DNA from: a virus | Taxonomy: Duplodnaviria > Heunggongvirae > Uroviricota > Caudoviricetes | Virus record (IMG/VR): IMGVR_UViG_3300022218_000001 | Span: 7,179 to 71,178 of that record | DNA length: 64,000 nucleotides | Reading direction: 5' to 3' (one strand) | Part shown: positions 55,146 to 64,000 of the stretch, piece after piece | Position numbering within the stretch: position 1 is the stretch's first letter | Layout of the letters: every line of letters starts with the position of its first letter | Notes under the pieces: model-generated | Told to the model about the DNA's origin: nothing | Databases searched by the model: none | The model's input: only the letters and a program-made list of their open reading frames with translations | Translations under genes and position numbers: made by a program

Positions 55146-55816
55146 GAGATGAAGAGATGGTGGATAAGGCTAAAGCGGAAGTCAACGCGCGGAGGCGTGC
55201 ACGCATCAGGGCACAGTCAGGAATCGTGGAGAAGGGGGAGGCTCCTCCGGCATCCGAGCTTGGAGAGTACAGTGAGAATTACATTTCCACTATAATTCCG
55301 GTGAAGGACTTCTCTCCGGCGAACAACTACAAAGCTCAGATGTGGGAGATCATCAAAGAGCACTTTGGAGACAAGGAGCCTGGCATCGCTGTCGAAGTTG
55401 GGGCAAAACGTGGGCACTGGGCGGCTGGCCTGCTTCAGGGCACGAAGAAGACGCAGCTCTTCTGCGTAGACCCATGGGCTGGTCGTCAGGGTCGCCAGAG
55501 CATGGCAGTGTGGTTCAAGCGGTGCGCTCCGCATGTTTTCACGCGATGCCATCCGCTGGTAGGGACATCGCTTGATTGGTCTCGATACTTCCCATACTTC
55601 GTAGATCTTCTTTTCGTCAATGGGCTCCACGATGCGAAGAGCGTGCAGCTCGACCTTCAACGGTGGGCTCCTCGCGTGAAGCCTGGGGGGCTAATCATCG
55701 GTCATGACTATAACGAGGCAGACATTAAGAAGGCTGTCGATGACTTTTTTCCAGATCTGACTGGCGTCCAGAAGCTTGGCCCGGGGGACGCTGTCTCTTT
55801 TTGGAAAGCTTTATGA
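55127..55816 (+). CDS. TylF/CmcI-like class I SAM methyltransferase (paralog 3)
   Basis: IAVEVGAKRGHWA; FVNGLHDAKSVQLDLQRWAPRVKPGGLIIGHDY. Confidence 0.6.
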   Translation: MQDQRLGDEEMVDKAKAEVNARRRARIRAQSGIVEKGEAPPASELGEYSENYISTIIPVKDFSPANNYKAQMWEIIKEHFGDKEPGIAVEVGAKRGHWAAGLLQGTKKTQLFCVDPWAGRQGRQSMAVWFKRCAPHVFTRCHPLVGTSLDWSRYFPYFVDLLFVNGLHDAKSVQLDLQRWAPRVKPGGLIIGHDYNEADIKKAVDDFFPDLTGVQKLGPGDAVSFWKAL

Positions 55817-56784
55817 GCAAGAGCTTCAAACGCATTGTCATTCCGATGCGCAGGGCGATGGTGCATTGGGGGAAAGATTTATTCGCTCTTGCGCTTGCGT
55901 CGTGCTTCAGGTCGCTCGGCTTTAAAGTCATCATGCCGGATGTTAGTGATGTTGGCCCCGGCGACTTCACGCGGAATGACTTTGTTCTTTTTGTAGACTG
56001 GGCATCCGCTCGATCTAAGTTTTCGAATGCGCTGGTGTATGCCCGTCGAAATAAAGCGACGACAGCTCATTACAACATGGAGCCTATAGCACCGGCTCCA
56101 TGGCTTCTTGACTCATTCAACTCAAGATCCAAGCGGTACCGAGAGAAGATTTCCGGCAAGTTTGATATAATCTTCGATTACAACCAAAACACAACAGACA
56201 TCTTGAAGGCGAGGGGGGAGAATGCATATCTTCTCCCAATGGGGTACCATGAAAGCTACGAGGTCGCGTGGCTTCCTCCGTTCGATGTTGGTGCGCATTG
56301 GCTCGGCCTCGAGTACCACCCACCTCCGAAGGGTGCTGAGTACGATCCAAGAATTCTTGACCGTAGGGGCGAGATTTGTAAAGCGATCCGGGAGGCCGGG
56401 GCTCCTTGCTCCAGCCATTTCTTCCGAGGGCTCCCAGGCCGCCTCGACCTAATGCGCAAGATGCTCTCCACCCCAGGTGTCCACCTCAATCTGCATCGCC
56501 CGGGGTCTCCATTTCAGTTCGGCGGAATCCGTGTTATTCAGCTCTTGATGTCAAATCGGAGATTCGTCCTTTCTGAGCCATGCTCTTGGTACCCAGAAGG
56601 GCTTACCCCGGGCGTTCATTGGGATGTTGCTGAGCCAGAACAAATCCCAGAGCATGTTTTGTATTGGCTGAAGAAGCCGATTAAGAGAGAGGCGGTCGCC
56701 AGGGCTGGGTATGAGTTCATTCGAGCCAACCACCGGCTCGATGTCTTTCTCAAGCAGGCTTTAATAGAAGCGGGAGTTATGTAA
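55813..56784 (+). CDS. CgeB-like glycosyltransferase-like protein (paralog of 32870..33766)
   Basis: ATGA overlap; shared blocks with minus-strand paralog; C-terminal KREAVARAGYEFIRANH resembles GT-B C-terminal helices. Confidence 0.4.
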   Translation: MSKSFKRIVIPMRRAMVHWGKDLFALALASCFRSLGFKVIMPDVSDVGPGDFTRNDFVLFVDWASARSKFSNALVYARRNKATTAHYNMEPIAPAPWLLDSFNSRSKRYREKISGKFDIIFDYNQNTTDILKARGENAYLLPMGYHESYEVAWLPPFDVGAHWLGLEYHPPPKGAEYDPRILDRRGEICKAIREAGAPCSSHFFRGLPGRLDLMRKMLSTPGVHLNLHRPGSPFQFGGIRVIQLLMSNRRFVLSEPCSWYPEGLTPGVHWDVAEPEQIPEHVLYWLKKPIKREAVARAGYEFIRANHRLDVFLKQALIEAGVM

Positions 56785-56786
56785 AA

Positions 56787-57143
56787 ATGGCAAAAGTGAT
56801 TTGTTTTGACATCGATGGTTTCTTGACAGTGGACTCAGACATGAAGCGTGCAGATTTGTCAGGAAGCTACATTTATCGAGAGCCTCGAGTTCGTGCAAAG
56901 GAGGTGATGCTTCGAGCCTATGAGGCCGGGTGGTATGTGTTGCTCTTTACTGGTCGCAGAGAGCAGCAACGGCGGATTACTGAGGATTGGCTTCAATCAC
57001 ATGGCTTCCCCTATCATCATCTCCAGATGGGGAAGCCGTACTTCACATACGTCATGGACGATCGCGTTCTTGGCGCTTCAGTAAATGAGCAATTGGACGC
57101 ATTCGAAAAGGTTCTTGAAGAAGAGAAAGCGGATGCAGAGTAA
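56787..57143 (+). CDS. HAD-superfamily phosphatase
   Basis: Motif I ICFDIDGFL (DxD), later T and K, motif IV MDDR. Confidence 0.5.
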   Translation: MAKVICFDIDGFLTVDSDMKRADLSGSYIYREPRVRAKEVMLRAYEAGWYVLLFTGRREQQRRITEDWLQSHGFPYHHLQMGKPYFTYVMDDRVLGASVNEQLDAFEKVLEEEKADAE

Positions 57144-57172
57144 GGGCCGGTGGTTGATCAGAGGAGGTCAAA

Positions 57173-58099
57173 ATGCCTATCAAAAGAGAAGGCTCAAAGG
57201 AGCAGCGAAGGCGTGAGAAGGCAGAGCGCATCCGGGTGGCAATGGAGCGCAGAAAGGGTAAGCGCCCACCGCGCCCTCCTGAATCGGCTCTGGTAAAGGG
57301 TGCCAAGGGGAATGTCCATATGCGGCGCAGGGTGTCGCATTTTTGGGGTAAATATCCGGACTCTGATATTTTTGTCTGTGGGACAGGAACGAGTTTGGCC
57401 GGTTTCGACTGGACGCGGCTTGGAGGCCGAATTACCATAGGCCTTAATGACGCGCTCAAGATTCCCGGGTTTGCACCAGCGTTCTCACTCTTTAGCGATA
57501 TTGGAATTTGGAGCCGATATCGCAATCTGACGCTTGACAAACGAACAATGGTTGTATGCCAGGGCCGGTCACGCGATCAGTTTATGAAGTACGAGAAATG
57601 CAGCTTCAAAGATCAAGTCTGGCACTTCAACCAACAGGCCACTGCGAAGGCTTGCGACTCAAAGAACGACGATCTCTATTGCGCAAGAACGATCGCTTGC
57701 GCTGGCATCATGATGGCTTACAAGCTGGGTGCTCGACGTGTCTTTCTCTTGGGGGTGGACGGCTACAAGCTTTCCGGCAAGGACGGCGGCCAATATTACC
57801 ACGACGGATCTGGGAAGGGGCCAGAGCGCCGCAAAGAGCAGGGCGTCCCGGGAACTACTCAGGTGGTGCAAGACCGTCATGGCTGGTGGGAAACAAACAT
57901 GAAGGAGCTGCGAGACTGGTTCGACAGCCTGGGTGTGTACCAAGAGCCGTTCCGAAAGGGCCGTCACTTCGGGTCGAATGTCTTTACTCTTTCAGGGCTT
58001 TCTACAATACCGCAATGGGAAAAGGTGAAAGTGAAGACCGTTCTTGGGAGGGGGTGTTTTGATACTAAACACAGATCTGTCCGGCATGCTGGACAGTAG
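57173..58099 (+). CDS. MptE/DUF115-like (Maf-type) protein
   Basis: FVCGTGTSL loop; ACAGIMMAYKLGARRVFLLGVDGY motif. Confidence 0.5.
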   Translation: MPIKREGSKEQRRREKAERIRVAMERRKGKRPPRPPESALVKGAKGNVHMRRRVSHFWGKYPDSDIFVCGTGTSLAGFDWTRLGGRITIGLNDALKIPGFAPAFSLFSDIGIWSRYRNLTLDKRTMVVCQGRSRDQFMKYEKCSFKDQVWHFNQQATAKACDSKNDDLYCARTIACAGIMMAYKLGARRVFLLGVDGYKLSGKDGGQYYHDGSGKGPERRKEQGVPGTTQVVQDRHGWWETNMKELRDWFDSLGVYQEPFRKGRHFGSNVFTLSGLSTIPQWEKVKVKTVLGRGCFDTKHRSVRHAGQ

Positions 58100-58124
58100 G
58101 TACCTATCGGCTGGAGGCTAAGCT

Positions 58125-58739
58125 TTGGAAGTTGCAGACCTTATTGGCAAAGTCAAGATACCGCAGTGCCATCCTTTAGAGCTTGCTCCATTTTTGCGTT
58201 CGGTGCTGTATCCGGTTCAGAACGGCATCCCAGGGGTGATGGTAGAAATCGGGACGAACAAGGGGAAGAGCCTGGCTTGTCTTCTACAGACATTAAATCT
58301 TCTTGGTCAGCGTCGAGAGGTTTTTTGTATCGATCCATTTGACAATGCGGCCCGGTTCTTCCCTTCCAGGGTTGAGAAGTTCGCTGGTGAAATTCCAGCG
58401 CAGCTCATTCGCTTGTCATCGCAAGACCCAGAGGCAGTTAAGCGGCTCAAAGGTTCCCCAATCGCATGGCTTCTCATCGACGGTTGCCATTGCTACGATT
58501 GTGTCCTGGCTGATATTGACAGATGGATTCCTGAAGTCATTTCTGGTGGTACGGTCGTTTTTCATGACTTTTGCCCTCGTTTCAATTATGGGAAGCGTGA
58601 TTTTTGTGCTGCGGCAGGCAGCAAACGCCGCTGGGGTGTTTGGCCAGCGTTCAAGATAGCCAAGGCCGCGCGGGCATTGGAGCAGGTCGAACAGAGCCCT
58701 CGCCGAACGCCCGGAATGGCCGTTTTTATGAAGGTTTAA
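58125..58739 (+). CDS. TylF/CmcI-like class I SAM methyltransferase (paralog 4)
   Basis: VMVEIGTNKGKS; LIDGCHCYDCVLADIDRWIPEVISGGTVVFHDF. Confidence 0.6.
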   Translation: MEVADLIGKVKIPQCHPLELAPFLRSVLYPVQNGIPGVMVEIGTNKGKSLACLLQTLNLLGQRREVFCIDPFDNAARFFPSRVEKFAGEIPAQLIRLSSQDPEAVKRLKGSPIAWLLIDGCHCYDCVLADIDRWIPEVISGGTVVFHDFCPRFNYGKRDFCAAAGSKRRWGVWPAFKIAKAARALEQVEQSPRRTPGMAVFMKV

Positions 58740-58741
58740 TC

Positions 58742-59821
58742 ATGGTAAAGGTAGCTCGCTTCGCAGGGGCAAGGCTCACAGGGATCAAAGCTCTTCAGGG
58801 TAAGCACAAAAGGGCAAGCGTTGCGGTGTGCGGCTCTGGTGTGACGTTGAATGATTTAGATCTTAGCAGGATCCCGGATCATTGGATCGTTGTTGCTGTG
58901 AACGAAGCAATCCGGAAGCTTGGTTCAAGGGCTGATTATTGGGTTCTGTCGGATGAGCCCATTGTGCGTGGCTACGCAAAACTCTGCCCGAGAGACGTCA
59001 CGATTCTCGCGATGCATCAAGCCACGATCTCAATCCCAGCCGTGTGCCCACATCACGAGTTCTATACCGTGAACTCAATTAACAAAATCGTGACACCAGA
59101 TGACGGCTTTAATTTCTTCAGTCGTGGTACGGTTTTGATCGGAGCTATCGAGATGCTTCGTTACACAGGGGCAAAGAGGTTCTATTGCTTCGGCCTTGAC
59201 TGTTATCGCACAGAAGAGGCGTACTACTATGATGGCCGCAAGCCGCCGATGGTCACAGAGCAGCGGTGCGATGATAGGGAGAGGGGGCAAGGCGTCCCCC
59301 CTGGAGTCCGTATTTATGTAACATCCAGGCTCCAAAACATGGTCAAAAAGCTCAATGAGCTTAGACGCGAAGGGCTATGGAACGAAGTGGAGATCTTCTG
59401 TGTGAATTCACCTTATTCACAGCAGACTGCGATTCCAAAAATCAGCCCGGAAGAGTTCAAGCAGCAGCGGCAAAGGAGCATCGATAATTTCAAGAGAAAG
59501 CGGAGGAGGAAACATGCAGAGGCACAGGCCGCCATTCAGGAAGGATCCCCGGCTGCCGGGACTGAAGAACCCGAAGTTTTTGACGACTCTGGGAGTGGGG
59601 GGGCAGCTTACGGCGACGGACAGGACGACGCTCTTGTGGTCACTGGAGCAGGTGGTGAAGCTATCGGATCCACCAGTGAGCCCGGAGGGGGACACCCCAC
59701 CGATGGGGGCCTTGAGGAAACCGGTCTTCGTGGAGATCGGGACTCACATGGCGGGGACAGCGATACTGACGATGAAGGCTCTCCAGGGTCTTCGGGCGAT
59801 GGCGATCTTCCGGACGATTGA
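58742..59821 (+). CDS. MptE/DUF115-like protein with long acidic Gly/Asp-rich C-terminal tail
   Basis: AVCGSGVTLNDL loop; LIGAIEMLRYTGAKRFYCFGLDCY; tail ...GSGGAAYGDGQDD...DSDTDDEGSPGSSGDGDLPDD. Confidence 0.5.
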   Translation: MVKVARFAGARLTGIKALQGKHKRASVAVCGSGVTLNDLDLSRIPDHWIVVAVNEAIRKLGSRADYWVLSDEPIVRGYAKLCPRDVTILAMHQATISIPAVCPHHEFYTVNSINKIVTPDDGFNFFSRGTVLIGAIEMLRYTGAKRFYCFGLDCYRTEEAYYYDGRKPPMVTEQRCDDRERGQGVPPGVRIYVTSRLQNMVKKLNELRREGLWNEVEIFCVNSPYSQQTAIPKISPEEFKQQRQRSIDNFKRKRRRKHAEAQAAIQEGSPAAGTEEPEVFDDSGSGGAAYGDGQDDALVVTGAGGEAIGSTSEPGGGHPTDGGLEETGLRGDRDSHGGDSDTDDEGSPGSSGDGDLPDD

Positions 59822-60287
59822 CATCGATTTTTTCAATTGTCCTGGAAAGAACCAGTTCTATCCAAGGGATCGCTGGAAGGAAGTCGGCGTTCCGCTGGCG
59901 AAGCTGATTTCTCCTGAGATCGATGCTGATTTCATTGAATGCCCGGCCGTTGAGGCTGAGCAACAAATCCCGGATCCAATCTATTGGGTTTTCTGCGATG
60001 GCTGTCATTGCCGTGAATGCGTGGATGCTGAAATCGCGGCCTACGGGCCTCGCATCCAGCCTGGTGGTTTCTTCATTTTTCATGACTGTGGTGAAGAGTA
60101 CCGGGGTTATCCACCAGACCAGGAGTATCACGGCGATGCTGCACGGCAATTTGGTGTCATTGAGGGGGTGACTGAGTCCTCTATACTCAAGGAGGACTTC
60201 GAGCTGGTTGCAACTTCAGACAGTCGCCCGATTCGAACAGAGCACTGGTTCGGAGGTGCCTACTTCTTTAGGAGGAAATTGACGTGA
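59514..60287 (+). CDS. TylF/CmcI-like class I SAM methyltransferase (paralog 5), start uncertain
   Basis: VFVEIGTHMAG; FCDGCHCRECVDAEIAAYGPRIQPGGFFIFHDC; 5' region overlaps the tail of 58742 gene in another frame. Confidence 0.5.
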   Translation: MQRHRPPFRKDPRLPGLKNPKFLTTLGVGGQLTATDRTTLLWSLEQVVKLSDPPVSPEGDTPPMGALRKPVFVEIGTHMAGTAILTMKALQGLRAMAIFRTIDIDFFNCPGKNQFYPRDRWKEVGVPLAKLISPEIDADFIECPAVEAEQQIPDPIYWVFCDGCHCRECVDAEIAAYGPRIQPGGFFIFHDCGEEYRGYPPDQEYHGDAARQFGVIEGVTESSILKEDFELVATSDSRPIRTEHWFGGAYFFRRKLT

Positions 60288-60317
60288 ACATTAAAGTAAG
60301 GAGTGCGATAGCCGAGG

Positions 60318-61340
60318 ATGAATAGCTACAATCCAGACCGATGCTCTGCGCAGCTAATAAACAATTCGGCCAGCAGGCTACACCCGAATATTGTGATTAG
60401 CAGAGCCCCCCTTCGTATTTCATTCGTAGGTGGTGGGTCTGACTTGCCGCCAGGAGAAGGGGCTACGGTTTCTTGCGCAATCAATAAGTATGTTTACGTG
60501 GTGGCGAAATGGCGAAATGACGAAAGAGTCATTATGAACTGGAGGGATAAGGAGAACGTCAAAAACGTGCATGCTCTTCAGCACGAGCTTGCACGAGAGG
60601 TCCTCCTGTATTTTGGAGTTCATCAGGGCATAGAGATTTCGACTTTCGCCGATGTCCCAGGTGTTGGCAGTGGGCTTGGAAGCTCCGCTGCTACCACAGT
60701 CGCTCTCGTGCAGTCTGTCGCAGCTCTTACAGGTCTCTGGCTAGACGTTCATCGTTTGGCGAGGATGGCTGTACACATCGAGCTGGAGCGACTCAAGCGG
60801 AGAGGAGGCTCACAGGATCAATGGATTTCTGCTATTGGTGGGCTTTATTTACTTCTGCACAAGAACGGAAGATGTATCGATCAGACCCATCTTGGCCTTT
60901 CTCCTTCGCACTTGGCGCTTCTTGAGCGTCACTTTGCTCTCTTTAGTCCTCCAGATACCGACGTGGGGCGCAAAGCGGATACAGTCCTTGGTTCGAAGGA
61001 CGATAACGATGAGAGTTTTAGGAAGTGTTGCGAGAAGGTCGTTGACGCTTTTGGCTCTGCTCTGAAGAGTGATGATTGGTATGAATGCGGCAATCAGGTT
61101 AGCCAGCATGACAAGCTCAAGCGTTCGATTTTTGGAGAATACTATCCGAGATCTGGCCCTGAGCTTGATAAACTTGGGGTTCACTGGAAGCTTTGCGGGG
61201 CTGGTGGGACGGGGCATGTTCTTGTTGCTGTAAGACCGGAGACGCGCCGCAAAACCGTTAGGTCTATTGAGAAAATTTGGGGCCGCGAGCTGCCATGGAA
61301 GATTTCTGAGGCAGGAGCAGTGATCATTCATGCGAGCTAA
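60318..61340 (+). CDS. GHMP-family sugar kinase (HddA/heptose-7-phosphate kinase-like)
   Basis: ISRAPLRISFVGGGSDLPP N-terminal motif and ATP-binding PGVGSGLGSSAATTVALV motif. Confidence 0.75.
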   Translation: MNSYNPDRCSAQLINNSASRLHPNIVISRAPLRISFVGGGSDLPPGEGATVSCAINKYVYVVAKWRNDERVIMNWRDKENVKNVHALQHELAREVLLYFGVHQGIEISTFADVPGVGSGLGSSAATTVALVQSVAALTGLWLDVHRLARMAVHIELERLKRRGGSQDQWISAIGGLYLLLHKNGRCIDQTHLGLSPSHLALLERHFALFSPPDTDVGRKADTVLGSKDDNDESFRKCCEKVVDAFGSALKSDDWYECGNQVSQHDKLKRSIFGEYYPRSGPELDKLGVHWKLCGAGGTGHVLVAVRPETRRKTVRSIEKIWGRELPWKISEAGAVIIHAS

Positions 61341-61956
61341 TAGTGAGCGATTAGTCACTGGACGGGAGAAGCCTCCACCGAGGTATATTCGAAGGTTTGC
61401 GGTTCCTCGTAAATTAAGGGCTTCTCGTGATCCGATGTTTGAATGGATGGCTGAGGGTAACTGCAAGAAGGTTGTCGAGGTTGGGACTCAGTGGGGCTGG
61501 TGGGCGTATCGCGCGCTTACGCAACTTCCTGAAATTCAGCTTTGGTGTGTAGATCCCTGGCAGACAGATCGTGAGTCTGTTCGCCACTGGCATGGGGCGT
61601 TTAATCGATACGAGTGGCAGGATAATCTTAGCTCGTGGCTTGGGGGACGTGCGTTCGGCCTTCATGGAACAAGCAAGGACGTTGTTGGCTATTTTAGGGA
61701 CGAAGAGCTTGATTGTGTTTTTATAGATGGGGACCATTCGACAAAAGGAGTGGTCATCGATTTGAAGCTGTGGGTTCCAAAGGTTCGAAATGGCGGCCTC
61801 ATTCTTGGCCATGACTGGGATGGAATCTGGGGGAAGCAAGTTCGAGCTGGCGTCGTAGCATACTTCGGAGATTCTTGCCCCATTGATGCTGACATTGGGT
61901 ACTTGACGAAAAAAGGGAAGTCTGCTGTTTGGAAGGTGAAAAAGACATGGGACTGA
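61330..61956 (+). CDS. TylF/CmcI-like class I SAM methyltransferase (paralog 6)
   Basis: VVEVGTQWGWWA; FIDGDHSTKGVVIDLKLWVPKVRNGGLILGHDW. Confidence 0.6.
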   Translation: MRANSERLVTGREKPPPRYIRRFAVPRKLRASRDPMFEWMAEGNCKKVVEVGTQWGWWAYRALTQLPEIQLWCVDPWQTDRESVRHWHGAFNRYEWQDNLSSWLGGRAFGLHGTSKDVVGYFRDEELDCVFIDGDHSTKGVVIDLKLWVPKVRNGGLILGHDWDGIWGKQVRAGVVAYFGDSCPIDADIGYLTKKGKSAVWKVKKTWD

Positions 61957-62645
61957 GTTCGCAAGAAATTGACGCTATCCACAAGCGGGCAAGAAGGCGA
62001 CCGCTTGGCGTATGCGTGCATGAGAAGTTTGGGCATGTTGTTGGAATTCCTCCAGGCCTTCGAGGGTTCAAGGATCCAATCTTCAGTCTCATGCCAGGCA
62101 GCGTGCATGTCGCTGTCGAGATTGGGACATGCCAAGGTTGGTTCGCGTACCGAATGGCAAAATTCCTGCCAGAGACAGCTCGTATTTTTTGCGTCGATCC
62201 TTTCTATGACGATGAGGGTGAAGGGTATGATGGGGAATACAACCTCTCTTGCTGGAAAAAGAATGTCAGGGAGTGGTTTGGAAGAAGAATTTTTCTCAAG
62301 CGTGGGGAAAGTTTCCATGAAGCGGAAAAGTGGGGCAACGGTGTACCTGTTGATTTTCTATTTATCGATGGTGATCATCGGTTCGAAGCTGTGCTCCTCG
62401 ATCTTGAAGGCTGGGTTCCAAAAGTGCGTCCTGGAGGGTTAATTGCAGGCCACGACATTGATGGGAAGTGGGGAGCTAACATCAAGAAAGCGTTGGAGAA
62501 TTACTGTGCAAAGGCTGGTATTGAGCAGGTGCACACAGGGAAAGCTTACAGTTTTACAGGAAAGCAAGTCACTCCATGCTGGTGGTTCTACAAACCGGTG
62601 CCGAAGGAAGCAGGGGGTGACGCAGTTTGGCGTTGGGAAAAATAA
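61929..62645 (+). CDS. TylF/CmcI-like class I SAM methyltransferase (paralog 7)
   Basis: VAVEIGTCQGWFA; FIDGDHRFEAVLLDLEGWVPKVRPGGLIAGHDI. Confidence 0.6.
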   Translation: MEGEKDMGLSSQEIDAIHKRARRRPLGVCVHEKFGHVVGIPPGLRGFKDPIFSLMPGSVHVAVEIGTCQGWFAYRMAKFLPETARIFCVDPFYDDEGEGYDGEYNLSCWKKNVREWFGRRIFLKRGESFHEAEKWGNGVPVDFLFIDGDHRFEAVLLDLEGWVPKVRPGGLIAGHDIDGKWGANIKKALENYCAKAGIEQVHTGKAYSFTGKQVTPCWWFYKPVPKEAGGDAVWRWEK

Positions 62646-62649
62646 GCCG

Positions 62650-63276
62650 ATGGAATTATCGCTTGAGAAAATTGCAGTTTGGAAGGATGCCTATAAGGGG
62701 GAGACAGCATGGATCCTTGGAAGCGGACCGTCCCTTGATGAGCTGCCCCCAGAGAAGGTTGGGCCGCATCGCTTTGCGTTGAATCTTACAATCCTCATTG
62801 AGGCCTATCGGGATTCTTGGTGGATATGTCGTGACGGCAGGGCAATGAAAAAATGGCTTTACTCTAATAGGTCGTCATGTATTGGGGAGGATCGCCGATA
62901 CGCAGATACCCTGTTCACGGATCACGCCGGCACACGGAGGGTGACGGAACTCGACATTGGGCCAGAGAAGCTGCGACGAATTGTATGCACGGGGCAGCGA
63001 TTCTACACAGGGGAGACGATCCTTGTTCTGGCTCTTCAGATAGCGGACTACATGGGCTTTTCTGAGATTGTTCTTGCTGGTGTAGATCTTCTGGATCCGG
63101 GAGGGGTTGCTTATGCGAAGGAGATCAACTGGCAATCGACATTTACGGCTGCCGCCAGGCCTGCGCGCTACAACCGGATGCGTAGAGACGTGGCCAGGCT
63201 GTCTACAGCAATGAATGCGAAGGTGTGGACTGTGTCACCTCATCTTGCTGATATCTTTGAGGAGATAAAGCTGTGA
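62650..63276 (+). CDS. MptE/DUF115-like (Maf-type) protein
   Basis: AWILGSGPSLDEL loop; TILVLALQIADYMGFSEIVLAGVDLL. Confidence 0.5.
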   Translation: MELSLEKIAVWKDAYKGETAWILGSGPSLDELPPEKVGPHRFALNLTILIEAYRDSWWICRDGRAMKKWLYSNRSSCIGEDRRYADTLFTDHAGTRRVTELDIGPEKLRRIVCTGQRFYTGETILVLALQIADYMGFSEIVLAGVDLLDPGGVAYAKEINWQSTFTAAARPARYNRMRRDVARLSTAMNAKVWTVSPHLADIFEEIKL

Positions 63277-64000
63277 AGCGTGATCGGCGTGTGAAGTATC
63301 CGTTGAGCACTTTTATCTCACATCCAAGAAGTGGCCTGACGTGGTTCCGTTTTATGTTCCATGAGATTAGAAAGCGGCATGATCCTGACAATCTTATGCC
63401 TCCACCGAAAAACACAGAAGAGCTGAATCCCCTTATCCTGTTCGATCATGACAACATGGGCACTATTGGTTCGATACTCCGGTTGAACAAAAGAAGGAAG
63501 CCAGAAAGGTGGGTGGGGCGTAAGGTTATTTTCCTCGCAAGAGATCCGAGGGATACGCTTCTCTCTAATTACCACATGCTTTCTGGCAGAGCGCAGCATC
63601 GTTCAGGTGTCAAGAGTCGTCTTGGCAAGACTGTGAAGTCCATGGATGCATTTTTCAGATCCAGGGCATTTGGGATTAAGCGTTATGTCGGCTGGGCTCG
63701 CTGGTGGGATACGCACAAGGGCTCGTGTAAAGACTTCATGCCAATTTACTACGAGGACACCCTTGAAAATCCGTTCTCTTCTTTGAGCTGCGCTCTCGAG
63801 TTTGCAACAGACGAGAACGTCCCGGCTAGCATCATGGAAGCGGCGGTGAGAGCTTCGTCTTTTGGAAAGATGAAACAGCGTGAAATCGATAACGGGCGTC
63901 TTTTCTCAGATCAGCAAGCAGCGGTCAACAATGATCCGCGCTGCCGGATAGTTCGAAAGGGCAAGGCTGGAGCTTGGCGCGATGAGCTTCCTGAAGAGTT
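63273..64000 (+). CDS. sulfotransferase (PAPS-dependent), 3' partial at window edge
   Basis: My own translation from GTG 63273 (GTGA overlap; ORF not in the supplied track): ISHPRSGLTWFRF (5'-PSB), KVIFLARDPRDTL (3'-PB RDPRD), IVRKGKAGAWRDEL C-terminal motif. Confidence 0.75.
   Translation, partial: MKRDRRVKYPLSTFISHPRSGLTWFRFMFHEIRKRHDPDNLMPPPKNTEELNPLILFDHDNMGTIGSILRLNKRRKPERWVGRKVIFLARDPRDTLLSNYHMLSGRAQHRSGVKSRLGKTVKSMDAFFRSRAFGIKRYVGWARWWDTHKGSCKDFMPIYYEDTLENPFSSLSCALEFATDENVPASIMEAAVRASSFGKMKQREIDNGRLFSDQQAAVNNDPRCRIVRKGKAGAWRDELPEE

Overview
The window reads as a contiguous piece of a tailed dsDNA phage or prophage genome (Caudoviricetes-like), roughly 55-58% GC. It is tightly packed, mostly + strand, with many ATGA/GTGA start-stop overlaps. 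The modules I can support, in order, are below.

- **Replication and recombination (2.9-11.9 kb):** a VRR-NUC nuclease, an SNF2 helicase, an XRE-type HTH regulator, a Prim-Pol primase-polymerase, a UvrD-like SF1 helicase and an MT-A70 DNA methyltransferase.
- **Small accessory proteins (12-32 kb):** many are Zn-ribbon or Cys-rich. This block also holds two secreted dockerin-repeat proteins, a duplicated ~40-aa Cys-containing micro-protein module, an SprT-like HExxH protein, an RHH protein and an SPFH/band-7 membrane protein.
- **Minus-strand sugar-modification operon (32.9-37.5 kb):** a CgeB-like glycosyltransferase-like protein, a GNAT, a DegT aminotransferase, two MptE/DUF115-like proteins and a sulfotransferase-like protein.
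- **Noncoding hub (37.5-38.7 kb):** about 1.2 kb carrying seven copies of a 36-bp repeat, 27-bp tandem repeats and several promoter-like elements.
- **Unknown + strand genes and a repeat-rich gap (38.7-44.4 kb):** the genes end in an 0.85-kb noncoding stretch with iteron-like repeats.
- **Packaging and morphogenesis (44.8-51.9 kb):** a ParB-fused DNA methyltransferase, TerS, TerL, portal, scaffold and major capsid protein, followed by a strong terminator.
- **Second sugar-modification island (52-64 kb), directly after the capsid gene:** a sugar-1-P nucleotidyltransferase, a GHMP sugar kinase, a HAD phosphatase, a CgeB-like glycosyltransferase paralog, seven paralogous TylF/CmcI-like class-I SAM methyltransferases, three more MptE-like proteins and a sulfotransferase that runs off the end of the window.

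The most unusual content is this two-part, paralog-expanded methylation/sulfation/glycosylation gene set flanking the structural module. I read it as a candidate virion- or host-glycan modification system.

All family assignments come from motif recall without database searches. Coordinates of refined starts are approximate (within a few nt).
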